Below are positions 10,467 to 20,008 of a DNA stretch of 64,000 nt, piece by piece. The position numbers and the translations under genes are program-made. The notes below the pieces were generated by a model. That model ran no database searches. It was not told the origin of the DNA and worked only from the letters and a program-made list of their open reading frames with translations. Position 1 is the stretch's first letter; each line of letters starts with the position of its first letter. Origin of the DNA: an uncultured Actinomyces sp. (GTDB lineage: Bacteria; Actinomycetota; Actinomycetes; Actinomycetales; Actinomycetaceae); the NCBI GenBank assembly GCA_963531605.1, contig CAUSHZ010000003.1, positions 3,824-67,823 on the forward strand, written 5' to 3'.

Positions 10467-11234
10467 GTGTGCGCAGCTCTTGCACGTCGTCACGAGGTTG
10501 CTTCCACTCAGGAGGTGACCTCGTGGCCGCATGATGCGGATCATTCGCCCGAGCTGTCGATTGGCCGCGTCGTTGATGCGCTGAAGGACGAGTTCCCTGC
10601 GATTTCGCTGTCGAAGGTTCGCTATCTGGAGAGTGAAGGCCTCGTCTCGCCAGCTCGCACCGGATCTGGGTACCGCAAGTATTCGGCGGCGGACGTTGAG
10701 CGACTGCGTTACGTCCTGACCGAGCAGCGCGATTCTTTCACTCCGCTGAGTGTGATTCGCGGGCAGCTGGATGCGCTCGATGCCGGTCATGAGCCCGTGC
10801 GCCGTCGTGTCGCGCAGGTCGTTTCTTCAGAGGGACAGACGGTGTCGCTGGGAGGCCGTCGGGCCATTCCAGCGGCGGACCTGTCGGACCTGACGGGCGT
10901 CGACATGGACACTCTCGAGCGCTATGCGCGGCTGGGGCTGATCACTCCGGACCTGGCCGGTTATTTCCCTTCCCGCTGCGTGCAGGCCGTGTCCACGATC
11001 GCGCGTCTCGAGTCCGCTGGCGTGGATGTTCGGGTGCTGCGCGCAGTCCGTCAGGGCGCGGAACGCAGTGCCGATATCATCGATCAGACGGTTTCTTCTC
11101 AGAGGGGACGAGGCCGTGGTGCGGACCGGGAGCGTGCGCGCGCCCGTGCTATCGAACTGGGCGACCTGTTTGCCGAGTTGCATCGGGACATGCTGGCGGT
11201 GGCGGTATCATCGCTGGCTGAGGATGGGGACTAA
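10467..11234 (+). CDS. MerR-family regulator (Rv1828/FtsR-like)
   Basis: LSIGRVVDALKDEFPAISLSKVRYLESEGLVSPARTGSGYRKY; position after the FHA gene. Confidence 0.85.
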   Translation: MCAALARRHEVASTQEVTSWPHDADHSPELSIGRVVDALKDEFPAISLSKVRYLESEGLVSPARTGSGYRKYSAADVERLRYVLTEQRDSFTPLSVIRGQLDALDAGHEPVRRRVAQVVSSEGQTVSLGGRRAIPAADLSDLTGVDMDTLERYARLGLITPDLAGYFPSRCVQAVSTIARLESAGVDVRVLRAVRQGAERSADIIDQTVSSQRGRGRGADRERARARAIELGDLFAELHRDMLAVAVSSLAEDGD

Positions 11235-11276
11235 GTTTCATGTTCAACATGAAGGTTAGACTCGCCGGGTCGGTCA

Positions 11277-11305
11277 TTGACCGAGCGTCGCTCGTGGCCT
11301 ACCGT
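11277..11305 (+). promoter_or_regulatory. Sigma-A-type promoter of the second MerR gene
   Basis: TTGACC-N17-TACCGT. Confidence 0.6.
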
Positions 11306-11346
11306 AGTCCTGTTCTCATCACGTATTACCTACAAGGAGCCCCCGA

Positions 11347-11898
11347 GTGAGCGCACAAGCGAACGCCGCAAGCCGGCAAGGCATGCTGTTCGGCGATCCC
11401 CTCGAGGGGCTCGACACAGACGAGGTGGGCTATCGCGGCCCCGTTGCGTGCAGTGCGGCTGGTATTACGTACCGCCAGCTCGATTACTGGGCTCGCACCG
11501 GTCTCTTGCAGCCGTCGATCCGGGCCGCGCGCGGCTCTGGCTCGCAGCGTCTCTACTCCTTCCGTGACATTCTCGTCCTCAAGGTCGTCAAGAAGCTCCT
11601 GGACGCCGGCGTTTCTCTCCAGCAGGTTCGCATTGCCGTTTCGTCGCTGCAGAACAGGGGAGTGGATGACCTTGCGTCCATCACGCTGATGAGCGACGGC
11701 GCTTCGGTCTACGAGTGCACCTCCACCGATGAGGTCATCGATCTCCTTCAGGGTGGACAGGGCGTGTTTGGCATCGCTGTCGGCCGCGTCTGGCGCGAGG
11801 TCGAGGGTTCGCTCGCTGAGCTGCCCGTTGAGCGCTCCGAGCCCGCGTTCGTCGACGAGCTCGCCGAGCGTCGTCGGTCGAAGCTTTCTGCTTCCTGA
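11347..11898 (+). CDS. MerR-family regulator (Rv1830-like)
   Basis: GITYRQLDYWART, GSGSQRLYSFRDI, GQGVFGIAV. Confidence 0.92.
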   Translation: MSAQANAASRQGMLFGDPLEGLDTDEVGYRGPVACSAAGITYRQLDYWARTGLLQPSIRAARGSGSQRLYSFRDILVLKVVKKLLDAGVSLQQVRIAVSSLQNRGVDDLASITLMSDGASVYECTSTDEVIDLLQGGQGVFGIAVGRVWREVEGSLAELPVERSEPAFVDELAERRRSKLSAS

Positions 11899-11916
11899 TC
11901 CGCGTCTTTAACGTAA

Positions 11917-11951
11917 GTGTGGGGCCCAGGCACGATGCCTGGGCCCCACAC
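11917..11951. terminator. Likely bidirectional terminator hairpin
   Basis: Perfect 16-bp stem GTGTGGGGCCCAGGCA-cga-TGCCTGGGCCCCACAC between convergent genes. Confidence 0.8.
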
Positions 11952-11981
11952 CCTTTGATAAGGAGAGCACCGCCCGCGCGA

Positions 11982-13496
11982 TTAACGCCGTCCGAGAGGA
12001 CGCGTCACGGTGTAGTCGGCCTCCAGGTCTGTGATTTCCACGGTGACCATACCGTTTCCGTCGACGATGTAGGACTCTTCGATAAGAGGGCCATCGTCAG
12101 TGCGAATGACGGGAACGGCCGAGAGGTCAATATCGGAGTGGCGCAGGGCGTGATCGAATGGAACGATGACCTCGCCGTAGGGCTGCAGGTCGCCGCGGGG
12201 CACCCCGGCCTCGTCGAACGAGGAATACTCGACGAAGCGGAAGTAGCCGATGTTGTGTGCGGCGCGATAGCGGCGCTTGATCGTTAGTGTCTCGCCGGGA
12301 GCAAGCTCAGTGTTCGGCTCCAGGAGCGTGTCGAAGGAGATGAACGAGCCAGCCTCGCGCTCACGGAAGACGCCGACGCCGCGAGAGAGCTGTTCGCGCA
12401 CTGTGTACGCGGCCTCGGGATCGGCGCCGATGGCCAGACCGATCGCGGTCGAGGCTGCCGTGTGTGGGGAGCGGTGCACGCGGCGGCCGAAGCGCGAACG
12501 GAGGATGCGGGCTACCAACGGCAGCTGCGAACCGCCACCAACCACGTAGAGGCCGGCGATGTCGCCGCCCAGCTGACCAACGCCTGACGCGTCGGGCACC
12601 AACAGGGGTTCCATGGCCTCGATCGTCGCTTCGACCAGGGGAGTGGCGGCCTCGTAGAAGTCCGTGACGGGAATTGTCACGGGCTTTCCGTCGACGGGTA
12701 CGGTGATGAACTTCGTCGAGGGGGAGAGGGTCTCCTTCGCGTCGCGTGAGTCTTCGATGAGACGCTCCCACGATTCGTCGCCAAGCTTGCCGGAGTCGGT
12801 GCCGGCAGCCGCTGCGAGGCGGGTGGCGAGCACGACGTCGAAATCGTCGCCGCCGACCATGTTGAGGCCGCGCGATCCCATAACCTCGTGGAGCGTGCCC
12901 GTGGCGGAAACGATAGAAGCGTCGAAGGTGCCGCCACCCAGGTCGTAGACAAGGATTGCAGTTCGCTTGGAATTGAGGGTGCCAGCGTGGCGATGCGTGT
13001 ACTCGAAGCCCGCAGCGGACGGTTCGTTGACCATTGCGAGCACATCCCAGCCCGCGCGGCGGAAGGCCTCAAGGGTAAGGAAGCGCTGCGCCGACCACGC
13101 ATGCGCCGGAATACCGACGAGAGCCTCGAGCGGCTCCGAATCGGACAGTGAGGCGATGGAAGAGTTCGTGCGCAGCTGGCGCGCGACGTAGCTGAGGAAA
13201 CCCGTCAGCGCGTCGAGAATCGAAATACTGTGATTGCCCAGGCGCACCGTGGACGTGTCAGTCACCGACGGATCAGACAGCAGACGCTTGAAAGAACGCA
13301 GGTGAGGAGCACCCTCCCTGGCGGCATCCTCAGCATCAAACCCATAGATGAGGCGATCGCCGTCAAGAGCGATGATGGACGGAACGAAATCGACCGTATC
13401 GTCGTGATTGTTGACGAAAGAGACGATCGGGTAGTTCCCCCGATCAACAATAGCGATCGCAGTGGTCGTGGTACCAAAATCAACTCCGAGTCTCAT
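11982..13496 (-). CDS. Hsp70-family protein (atypical, not DnaK)
   Basis: GVDFGTT, VNEPSAA, VYDLGGGTFDAS, VGGGSQLP; short non-canonical C-terminus. Confidence 0.85.
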   Translation of the reverse strand: MRLGVDFGTTTTAIAIVDRGNYPIVSFVNNHDDTVDFVPSIIALDGDRLIYGFDAEDAAREGAPHLRSFKRLLSDPSVTDTSTVRLGNHSISILDALTGFLSYVARQLRTNSSIASLSDSEPLEALVGIPAHAWSAQRFLTLEAFRRAGWDVLAMVNEPSAAGFEYTHRHAGTLNSKRTAILVYDLGGGTFDASIVSATGTLHEVMGSRGLNMVGGDDFDVVLATRLAAAAGTDSGKLGDESWERLIEDSRDAKETLSPSTKFITVPVDGKPVTIPVTDFYEAATPLVEATIEAMEPLLVPDASGVGQLGGDIAGLYVVGGGSQLPLVARILRSRFGRRVHRSPHTAASTAIGLAIGADPEAAYTVREQLSRGVGVFREREAGSFISFDTLLEPNTELAPGETLTIKRRYRAAHNIGYFRFVEYSSFDEAGVPRGDLQPYGEVIVPFDHALRHSDIDLSAVPVIRTDDGPLIEESYIVDGNGMVTVEITDLEADYTVTRPLGRR

Positions 13497-13529
13497 GGTA
13501 TCCACACTAGCGTTTAAATTGGGGAGCTC

Positions 13530-14273
13530 CTAGGACGTCTCGCCGGGCGTTCGCACATTTCCCAGTAAGGTACTGTTTGCAATGGTGACAAAGAGCCAGG
13601 CGAGCAGGAAGTATACGCATCCGACAATGGCGTCAACCACATAATGATTGCCCGTTGCGACGATTGTCACGATGGTTACAACGGGGTGGGCGGCGAGAAT
13701 CAGCCGCGCCCACCATGAGCGCCACACGTACGTGCCGAGCATGAATGCAACCCATATGGACCAGCCCGTGTGCATCGATGGCATGGCTCCGTAGGGGTTT
13801 GCAAGCGTGCCGAAGAGCTGCGAATATGCGGACGTGTGCTCGGCGACCGCATCGACAAAGCCGAGCTCGGGAACGAGGCGCGGGGGAGCCAGGGGATAGG
13901 TCCAGTAGGTGATGAGCGCGCCGATAGTCATGATGACGAGAGTCCACCGCGCGCTGCGATAGTGGGTAGGAGCCTTGCGCCACAGGACAACCAAGGCGAA
14001 ACCGGTCATTACCAAAAATGACACCGCGTACTGCGCGGACGCGGCAGATGCGAGCAGTGGATGAGCGCTCAGCCAGGCGTTGGCCGAGCCTTCAATAAAC
14101 AGTCCGAAGCGGGACTCAAAAGCTGCGACGTCGTGTGCGTGCGCGATGGCGACGGACTTGGGTGCCTTGGCAAGGAACGATAGGACCGAGTATGCCAAGC
14201 AGGCCAATGAGAGTATGGCGATCTCACGAAAGGCAGGGGGCCTCAGGGAGGGCAAGTGTCGGTCCGTTGTCAT
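13530..14273 (-). CDS. PAP2-superfamily membrane protein (Aur1/IPC-synthase-like)
   Basis: YPLAPPRL, AMPSMH, HYVVD motifs; multiple TM helices. Confidence 0.85.
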   Translation of the reverse strand: MTTDRHLPSLRPPAFREIAILSLACLAYSVLSFLAKAPKSVAIAHAHDVAAFESRFGLFIEGSANAWLSAHPLLASAASAQYAVSFLVMTGFALVVLWRKAPTHYRSARWTLVIMTIGALITYWTYPLAPPRLVPELGFVDAVAEHTSAYSQLFGTLANPYGAMPSMHTGWSIWVAFMLGTYVWRSWWARLILAAHPVVTIVTIVATGNHYVVDAIVGCVYFLLAWLFVTIANSTLLGNVRTPGETS

Positions 14274-14317
14274 GACTGCAACTGTACCGCGTGGTTGGAG
14301 AGCGGTCGATAAAGAAA

Positions 14318-14345
14318 AACGGACATAATGTACATTATCGGATCG
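14318..14345 (-). other. dif: Candidate XerCD dif chromosome dimer resolution site
   Basis: Minus strand reads CGATCCGATAA-TGTACA-TTATGTCCGTT, an 11-6-11 layout like E. coli dif (GGTGCGCATAA TGTATA TTATGTTAAAT); intergenic; gene orientation bias to its right. Confidence 0.7.
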
Positions 14346-14436
14346 TGGGGTGGGGTTGAGACGAGGCCGATGGAGCGTTCCGCTTGACGTGTCAGATAGA
14401 ATGGACCCGTTTCGTTCTTTTGTTCAGGAGGCTGTT

Positions 14437-14802
14437 ATGGCTGACCGCGCACTGCGTGGCATGCAGATCGGTGCGAAGTCCCTCGAATCTGAGGATGGCG
14501 TTGTTTTCGCCGATCGTTTCGTCGTCCGTTACGCGTGCCCCAACGGTCACGAGTTCGAGGTGACGCTGTCCAGCGAGGCCACCGCGCCTGCGACGTGGGA
14601 ATGCAAGTGCGGCCAGGCGGCCGAGCTCATTGGCGAAACCGTTGAGGACGAGGAAAACAAGCCCGTTAAGCCGCAGCGCACCCACTGGGACATGCTGCTT
14701 GAGCGCCGCTCGATCGAGGAACTCGAGGTCGTTCTGACCGAGCAGCTGACCGCGTATCGCGAGGGCCGTCTGCGTCCCGAGGGTTCGTACCGCAAGGGCT
14801 AA
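14437..14802 (+). CDS. rbpA: RNA polymerase-binding protein RbpA
   Basis: MADRALRG, zinc-ribbon-like C/H/C/C, RTHWDMLLERRS; SD AGGAGG. Confidence 0.95.
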   Translation: MADRALRGMQIGAKSLESEDGVVFADRFVVRYACPNGHEFEVTLSSEATAPATWECKCGQAAELIGETVEDEENKPVKPQRTHWDMLLERRSIEELEVVLTEQLTAYREGRLRPEGSYRKG

Positions 14803-15584
14803 CGCTTCGGCAGCATCTGTCGCGCGGCCTGGGCCAGTCGGCTCAGGCCGCCTTTCGTTACCATCACGAGCTCCTCGACGAAAATCGACGAGTCGAGCTT
14901 CGATTCGCCGGCCATACGCTCGTCGAAGGTGATCGGAACCTCGGCGATGGTCGCACCCAGCGACCGCTCCAGCTCGGTCATTTCGACCTGGAAGCCGAAT
15001 CCTGTCGTCGCTACCCGACCGAGAACCTCATGTTCGCGCAGGAACGATGCGCGGTGTAGCCGCAGGCCTGCCGTCGCATCGCGCACGGGCGTTCCGAGGC
15101 AAAAACGGACATAATAATTGCCCGCTTTGGACAGAGCGACACGCTTCGCCGACCATCCGTTAATGGCGCCGCCGGGCACCCAACGTGAACCGATGACCAG
15201 GTCGGGACGATCCGGGCCGGCCATGCGGCTCAGTAGCTTGGGCAGATCGACGGGACGATGCGAGCCATCCGCATCCATCTGGAGAATGAACGGATATCCG
15301 TGGTCGATACCCCATCCCATGCCGTCGACGTACGCGGTGGCAAGCCCAGACTTCGCGGGGCGATGAAGGACGTGCAGACGCTCCTCGCCCTCCCGTCGGG
15401 TGTCGACCCACTCCCCCGTTCCATCGGGCGACGAATCGTCGACGATGAGCACGTGCGCGCCCGGCACGTTCGCCCAGATGTCGCCCAGAATCGTCGGCAG
15501 CGTCGACATCTCGTTGTACGTCGGAATAACGATCAGGGTGTGGTCGCCGGACGGCGACGGAGAGAATGGTACCGATTCAGTCAT
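14799..15584 (-). CDS. ppm1: Polyprenol monophosphomannose synthase (GT2)
   Basis: IPTYNE, VDDSSPDGT, QMDADGSH; adjacent to lnt. Confidence 0.9.
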   Translation of the reverse strand: MTESVPFSPSPSGDHTLIVIPTYNEMSTLPTILGDIWANVPGAHVLIVDDSSPDGTGEWVDTRREGEERLHVLHRPAKSGLATAYVDGMGWGIDHGYPFILQMDADGSHRPVDLPKLLSRMAGPDRPDLVIGSRWVPGGAINGWSAKRVALSKAGNYYVRFCLGTPVRDATAGLRLHRASFLREHEVLGRVATTGFGFQVEMTELERSLGATIAEVPITFDERMAGESKLDSSIFVEELVMVTKGGLSRLAQAARQMLPKR

Positions 15585-15603
15585 GAGTCACATCTTGCCG
15601 AAT

Positions 15604-17223
15604 TTAGTGGTCGCACGCACGTCTAGCGCGCGCTGACGCCCTGATTCTTTGTCCGATAACTGTCGCGGTGGTGAGAATCGCAATGACCAGCGTTGCCACC
15701 ATCACGGAACTCGGAATGCTCTCCCCCGCCGAAGCTGTCAACGTCTGCGAGGACCGAAGCGGGATGTCGGCAGCGAGCGAGGCCGCCTCCTCGGTACCTG
15801 TGCTGGCGAGAATCGAGCCGTCGGGACGAATCACGTACGAGTGGCCAGTCGTTGACGCCTGAACGGCGCTGCGCGAATACTCCATTGCGCGCATGCGCAA
15901 AAGTTGGCCCTGCTGCGCGGACTCGCCCGACGAGCGGAAATGGTAGTTGTTTGACGGGACAACGATGGCCTGTCCGCCACGCGCAACGCCATCGCCGATC
16001 ACGAGGGGGTACGCTGCCTCGAAACAAATACCGACAGCCAGGGGAACGCTGCGCCCGTCACGTGCGCGGACCGTCACCAGGGGAGGCTCCTCCCCCGCTT
16101 CCATATCCTTACTGGCCTGAGCAACCTCTGTCGCGAACGAAGCAATGACATCCCGGAAAGGAATGAACTCGCCAAAGGGAACGGGAACGTGCTTGGAGTA
16201 GCGGGCGGCCTCGTCCATGCCTGTGCCAGGCTCCCACAGCGCCAGCCAGTTCTTGACGTGGTCGCGCTCGTTCAGGTTCGTGTAGCCGATCAGGATCGGC
16301 GCATCGAGCGCCGTGGCCGCCGAATCGACGGCCTGGCCGATTGCGGGGAATGCAAGCGGATCGCGATCGACGGAACCCTCGCCCCAGAACGCGATATCAA
16401 TCGGACGATCAATGACCTGCGGTGAACTCGCGAGCTCGAGGGACGCACGCACGTTGTTATCGGTCACCTCCCCCTCGCGGCTGTACGCCTCGGCCCCGGG
16501 CAGCGCAATATCGCCCTGGACGACGCCGACGCGCAACATGCCGTTCTCCGCCTGATTAGGCAGTGAAATGGCGAGGGGGGCAACGTATATGGCGGCGACG
16601 ATGACAGCCAGCGCCGGGCGCGAAAACCAATGCTCACGCACCACGGCGGCGTCGCGAGCCGCGAAAGCTCGGCGGACAAGAACGGCAAGAAAAACGACGG
16701 CTGCAGTGATGAGCGTCGTACCGCCGTAAGGCGCGAGATGGCCGAGCGGCGAATCCACCTGAGGCAAGGCAACGGAGCCCCACGGGAAGCCCGACCACGG
16801 CCAGCGTGAGCGAGCAGCGTCGACGCCGGCCCAGGTCAGTGCGAACAAGAAAGCCTGGACGAGAGGACCGCGCGCCCACCGCCACAGCTGGGTCCAGCGC
16901 GCAAAGACTACCCAGCCCATGAAGAAGAATGTCTGCACGAGCGCGAGAACGAACCACGGGGGCGTCGTGCCAACGGCCAGCGGAATCCAGTCGATGAGAG
17001 GAACCCAGAAGCTCATGCCGAACACGAACGTCACTGTCAGCGCGCGCGGGGCCCTGGCCTCGTCAATGCGCGACACAAACAGGGCGAAGGCAGGCACCGA
17101 TAGCCACCACCAGCCCACGGGTGGAAACGACGCGTACAGCGCGAGACCGGCGATCGCTGCGATGATGGAATCGCCGCACACGTGTGCGAACGATGCGCGC
17201 TGGAAGATGTGCTGATAGCCCAC
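15604..17223 (-). CDS. lnt: Apolipoprotein N-acyltransferase
   Basis: TM N-terminus, WGE, YSKHVPVPFGE, ICFE nitrilase triad; GTG start inferred. Confidence 0.92.
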   Translation of the reverse strand: MGYQHIFQRASFAHVCGDSIIAAIAGLALYASFPPVGWWWLSVPAFALFVSRIDEARAPRALTVTFVFGMSFWVPLIDWIPLAVGTTPPWFVLALVQTFFFMGWVVFARWTQLWRWARGPLVQAFLFALTWAGVDAARSRWPWSGFPWGSVALPQVDSPLGHLAPYGGTTLITAAVVFLAVLVRRAFAARDAAVVREHWFSRPALAVIVAAIYVAPLAISLPNQAENGMLRVGVVQGDIALPGAEAYSREGEVTDNNVRASLELASSPQVIDRPIDIAFWGEGSVDRDPLAFPAIGQAVDSAATALDAPILIGYTNLNERDHVKNWLALWEPGTGMDEAARYSKHVPVPFGEFIPFRDVIASFATEVAQASKDMEAGEEPPLVTVRARDGRSVPLAVGICFEAAYPLVIGDGVARGGQAIVVPSNNYHFRSSGESAQQGQLLRMRAMEYSRSAVQASTTGHSYVIRPDGSILASTGTEEAASLAADIPLRSSQTLTASAGESIPSSVMVATLVIAILTTATVIGQRIRASARARRACDH

Positions 17224-17239
17224 TAGCCCTCCGGGTGTC

Positions 17240-20008
17240 TCAAATCGTCGACCACGCAACGATACCGCGACCGATGCGGTCCTTCGCGGCTTCGGCTTTG
17301 CGCATGAGCTCGCCGCTGGACGACGCCGACGCGATCTGACCGAGGCAGTCCATGACCTGACGCATCCAGCGGACGAAGTCTCCGGCCTGGATCGGCGTAG
17401 CATCAATCGCCGTGGCCAGTGTTGAGCCGTGCGCCCACGCAAGTGTGGCAGCCATCAGGCCGGCATCAAGGCTCGGGGTCAGGTCGCAGCCGCAGGCCTT
17501 TTCGACGCGATGTACGCGCTCCAAGGTCGCCAGGCTCTCATGCCATGCTTCCTGCAGTCTCATGCCCACACCCACAGGAGCCAGCTGCTGCGCATCGTCG
17601 TCGGAACGAGAATCGTAGACGAGCGCGGACACCATCGACGCGAGCTCCGCCTCGTCGAGCTCATTCCACGTGCCCTCGTTCATCGACATGGCCACCACCA
17701 GGTCGCGCTCACCGAAGATTCGGCGCAAGCGTTGACCCGAGTCCGTGACCTCATCACCGGCCAAAAAGCCGAGACGTTCGAGAACCGCGCAGACGCGGTC
17801 GAACTGGGCGGCCACAGAACCCGTCTGGGAGTCGATGGATGAACGAAGACAATCGATCTCGCGTGCCAGGCGGGCCCACTGGGCACCCGCACGAGCGTGC
17901 TCCTCGCGGTGCGGGCAGCGATGAACCGGATGTTGACGCATCGCATCGCGCAGTGCCGAGATGGGGTCCGATGCCTGCGTGGAATCTGCGGGGACCTCGT
18001 ACATGCCCTTGGCAGCGCCTGAGCGAAGTTCCCCGGCGATGCGCGTGCGCTCCTTTGTGCGCCGCAGCGCAGATCCGCCGGGAATGGACATGTGTCCGAC
18101 GACAGCGATTGCGCCGCGCACGTCCTCGGGAGCCAGCGCCCTCCACGCGGCATCCTCCCCGATCACCGAGACCTGGGCTCTGCCCGAGGCGCTGGTGGCC
18201 TTCGCCCCGACGACGCACAGGCGTGTCTTGCGGCCACGAGTCAGTGCCAGGACGTCGCCCGGGCGCACGCCGGACAGAACGCGGCGCGATTCATCTCGCG
18301 CCTCGCGCTTGCGCGCACGCGCACCAGACTTCTCCGCCTGACCCAACTGGTCGCGCAGCGCCACATACTCGCGAACATCTCCGTGCGAACACGACAGATC
18401 CTCGGCTGTCGCGTCGCGCTGCGCCTCCAGGTCGCTCAGTCGCGACGCGAGTGCGACGACAGCGGAATCGGCCTGGTACTGCGCAAAAGAAGACTCGAGC
18501 ACCTTGCGAGTCTGGGCGCGCGTCGAGCGCGCGAGCAGGTTGACAACCATGTTGTACGTCGGAGTGAACGCAGAAATCAACGGGTACGTGCGCTTCGATG
18601 CGAGGGCGGCAACCTCTTCGGGAGCAACTCCCCCACGATGCGAGACGACCGCGTGCCCTTCGGTGTCGATACCGCGGCGCCCCGCCCGTCCTGAGAGCTG
18701 CGTGTACTCGCCGGCGGACAGGGAGACGTGCGCCGAGCCATTCCACTTCGTCAGTGATTCGATGACGACCGTGCGCGCGGGCATATTGATCCCGAGCGCG
18801 AGCGTCTCGGTCGCGTACACCATCTTGACGAGGCCGCGCGAAAACAGGTGTTCGACGCTCTCCTTCATGAGGGGCAGCATGCCAGCGTGGTGCGCGGCGA
18901 TGCCGCGCATGAGGCCGCGTTTCCACGCCTCGGCGCCGAGGACGATGGCATCCTCGGGAGGAAGCAGCGCGATGACCTCGTCCACGTAGCTCTCGATCTC
19001 GGCGGCCTCCGAGCGGGTCGTCAGCGTGATACGCGTGGAGAGGATCTGGCGCACCGCATCCTCGCATCCTGCCCGCGAGAAGATGAACGTGATGGCGGGC
19101 AGCAGGTGCGCGCGATCCAGAGAAATCAGCGTCGAGGGACGCGATTCGCGCCGCACGCGGACCTCGCGGTTCCACGAGCGCGAGCCGCGCCCGCCGCGCA
19201 TTGCGGTGTCCCGCGTCGCGGCCACGAGCTGCGGATTGAGCTTTCCCTTTCCGGTCGGCGCGTAGAGATCAAAAATGTCCTCGCCGACGATCATGTGCTG
19301 GTAGAGCGGGACCGGGCGCTTCTCGGAAACGATGATCTCGCAGGTGGAGCGCACTTCCCGGATCCACACGCCGAATTCCTCGGCGTTCGACACCGTGGCC
19401 GACAGGGCGATGATCGCGACGTGTGCGGGCAGGTGAATGATCACTTCCTCCCACACTGGGCCACGCATCTTGTCCGCCAGGTAGTGGACCTCGTCGAGGA
19501 TGACGACTCCCAGGTCGTCGAGAGGAGCACCCGCGTAGATCATGTTGCGCAACACTTCGGTCGTCATGACGACGACCGGGGCCCCGGAGTTCACCGACGT
19601 ATCTCCGGTCGCCAGGCCGACGTTGTCAGAGCCGTACAGGTCGCACAGCTCCAGGTACTTCTGGTTGGACAACGCTTTGATGGGGGTCGTGTAGAACGCG
19701 CGCATCCCCTGCTCGAGCGCGACGTATGCGCCGAACTGGCCGACGATGGTCTTACCAGCACCCGTGGGTGCGGCAACGAGCACGGAGCTGCCGGCCTCGA
19801 CGGCGTCGAGTGCCTGGATCTGGAACGGGTCCGGAGTGAAGCTCAGCGTGGAAACCCAGCGTGCTCGCAGGGATGAGGCAGCCTGCGCTTCGGCCTTGTA
19901 TGCGGCGTAGCGCTGGGCTGCGCTGCCGACGCCGAGGCCGACTTCCTCCTCGTGGCGTGCTACGTGCTCAGTGTCCCGTGTGCGGTGTCGACGTCGTTTG
20001 GGGCTCAC
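17240..20008 (-). CDS. helY: Ski2-like DEAD/DEAH RNA helicase HelY
   Basis: APTGAGKT, DEVH, SAT, QLSGRAGRRG, DSHCT-like C-terminus. Confidence 0.93.
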   Translation of the reverse strand: MSPKRRRHRTRDTEHVARHEEEVGLGVGSAAQRYAAYKAEAQAASSLRARWVSTLSFTPDPFQIQALDAVEAGSSVLVAAPTGAGKTIVGQFGAYVALEQGMRAFYTTPIKALSNQKYLELCDLYGSDNVGLATGDTSVNSGAPVVVMTTEVLRNMIYAGAPLDDLGVVILDEVHYLADKMRGPVWEEVIIHLPAHVAIIALSATVSNAEEFGVWIREVRSTCEIIVSEKRPVPLYQHMIVGEDIFDLYAPTGKGKLNPQLVAATRDTAMRGGRGSRSWNREVRVRRESRPSTLISLDRAHLLPAITFIFSRAGCEDAVRQILSTRITLTTRSEAAEIESYVDEVIALLPPEDAIVLGAEAWKRGLMRGIAAHHAGMLPLMKESVEHLFSRGLVKMVYATETLALGINMPARTVVIESLTKWNGSAHVSLSAGEYTQLSGRAGRRGIDTEGHAVVSHRGGVAPEEVAALASKRTYPLISAFTPTYNMVVNLLARSTRAQTRKVLESSFAQYQADSAVVALASRLSDLEAQRDATAEDLSCSHGDVREYVALRDQLGQAEKSGARARKREARDESRRVLSGVRPGDVLALTRGRKTRLCVVGAKATSASGRAQVSVIGEDAAWRALAPEDVRGAIAVVGHMSIPGGSALRRTKERTRIAGELRSGAAKGMYEVPADSTQASDPISALRDAMRQHPVHRCPHREEHARAGAQWARLAREIDCLRSSIDSQTGSVAAQFDRVCAVLERLGFLAGDEVTDSGQRLRRIFGERDLVVAMSMNEGTWNELDEAELASMVSALVYDSRSDDDAQQLAPVGVGMRLQEAWHESLATLERVHRVEKACGCDLTPSLDAGLMAATLAWAHGSTLATAIDATPIQAGDFVRWMRQVMDCLGQIASASSSGELMRKAEAAKDRIGRGIVAWSTI

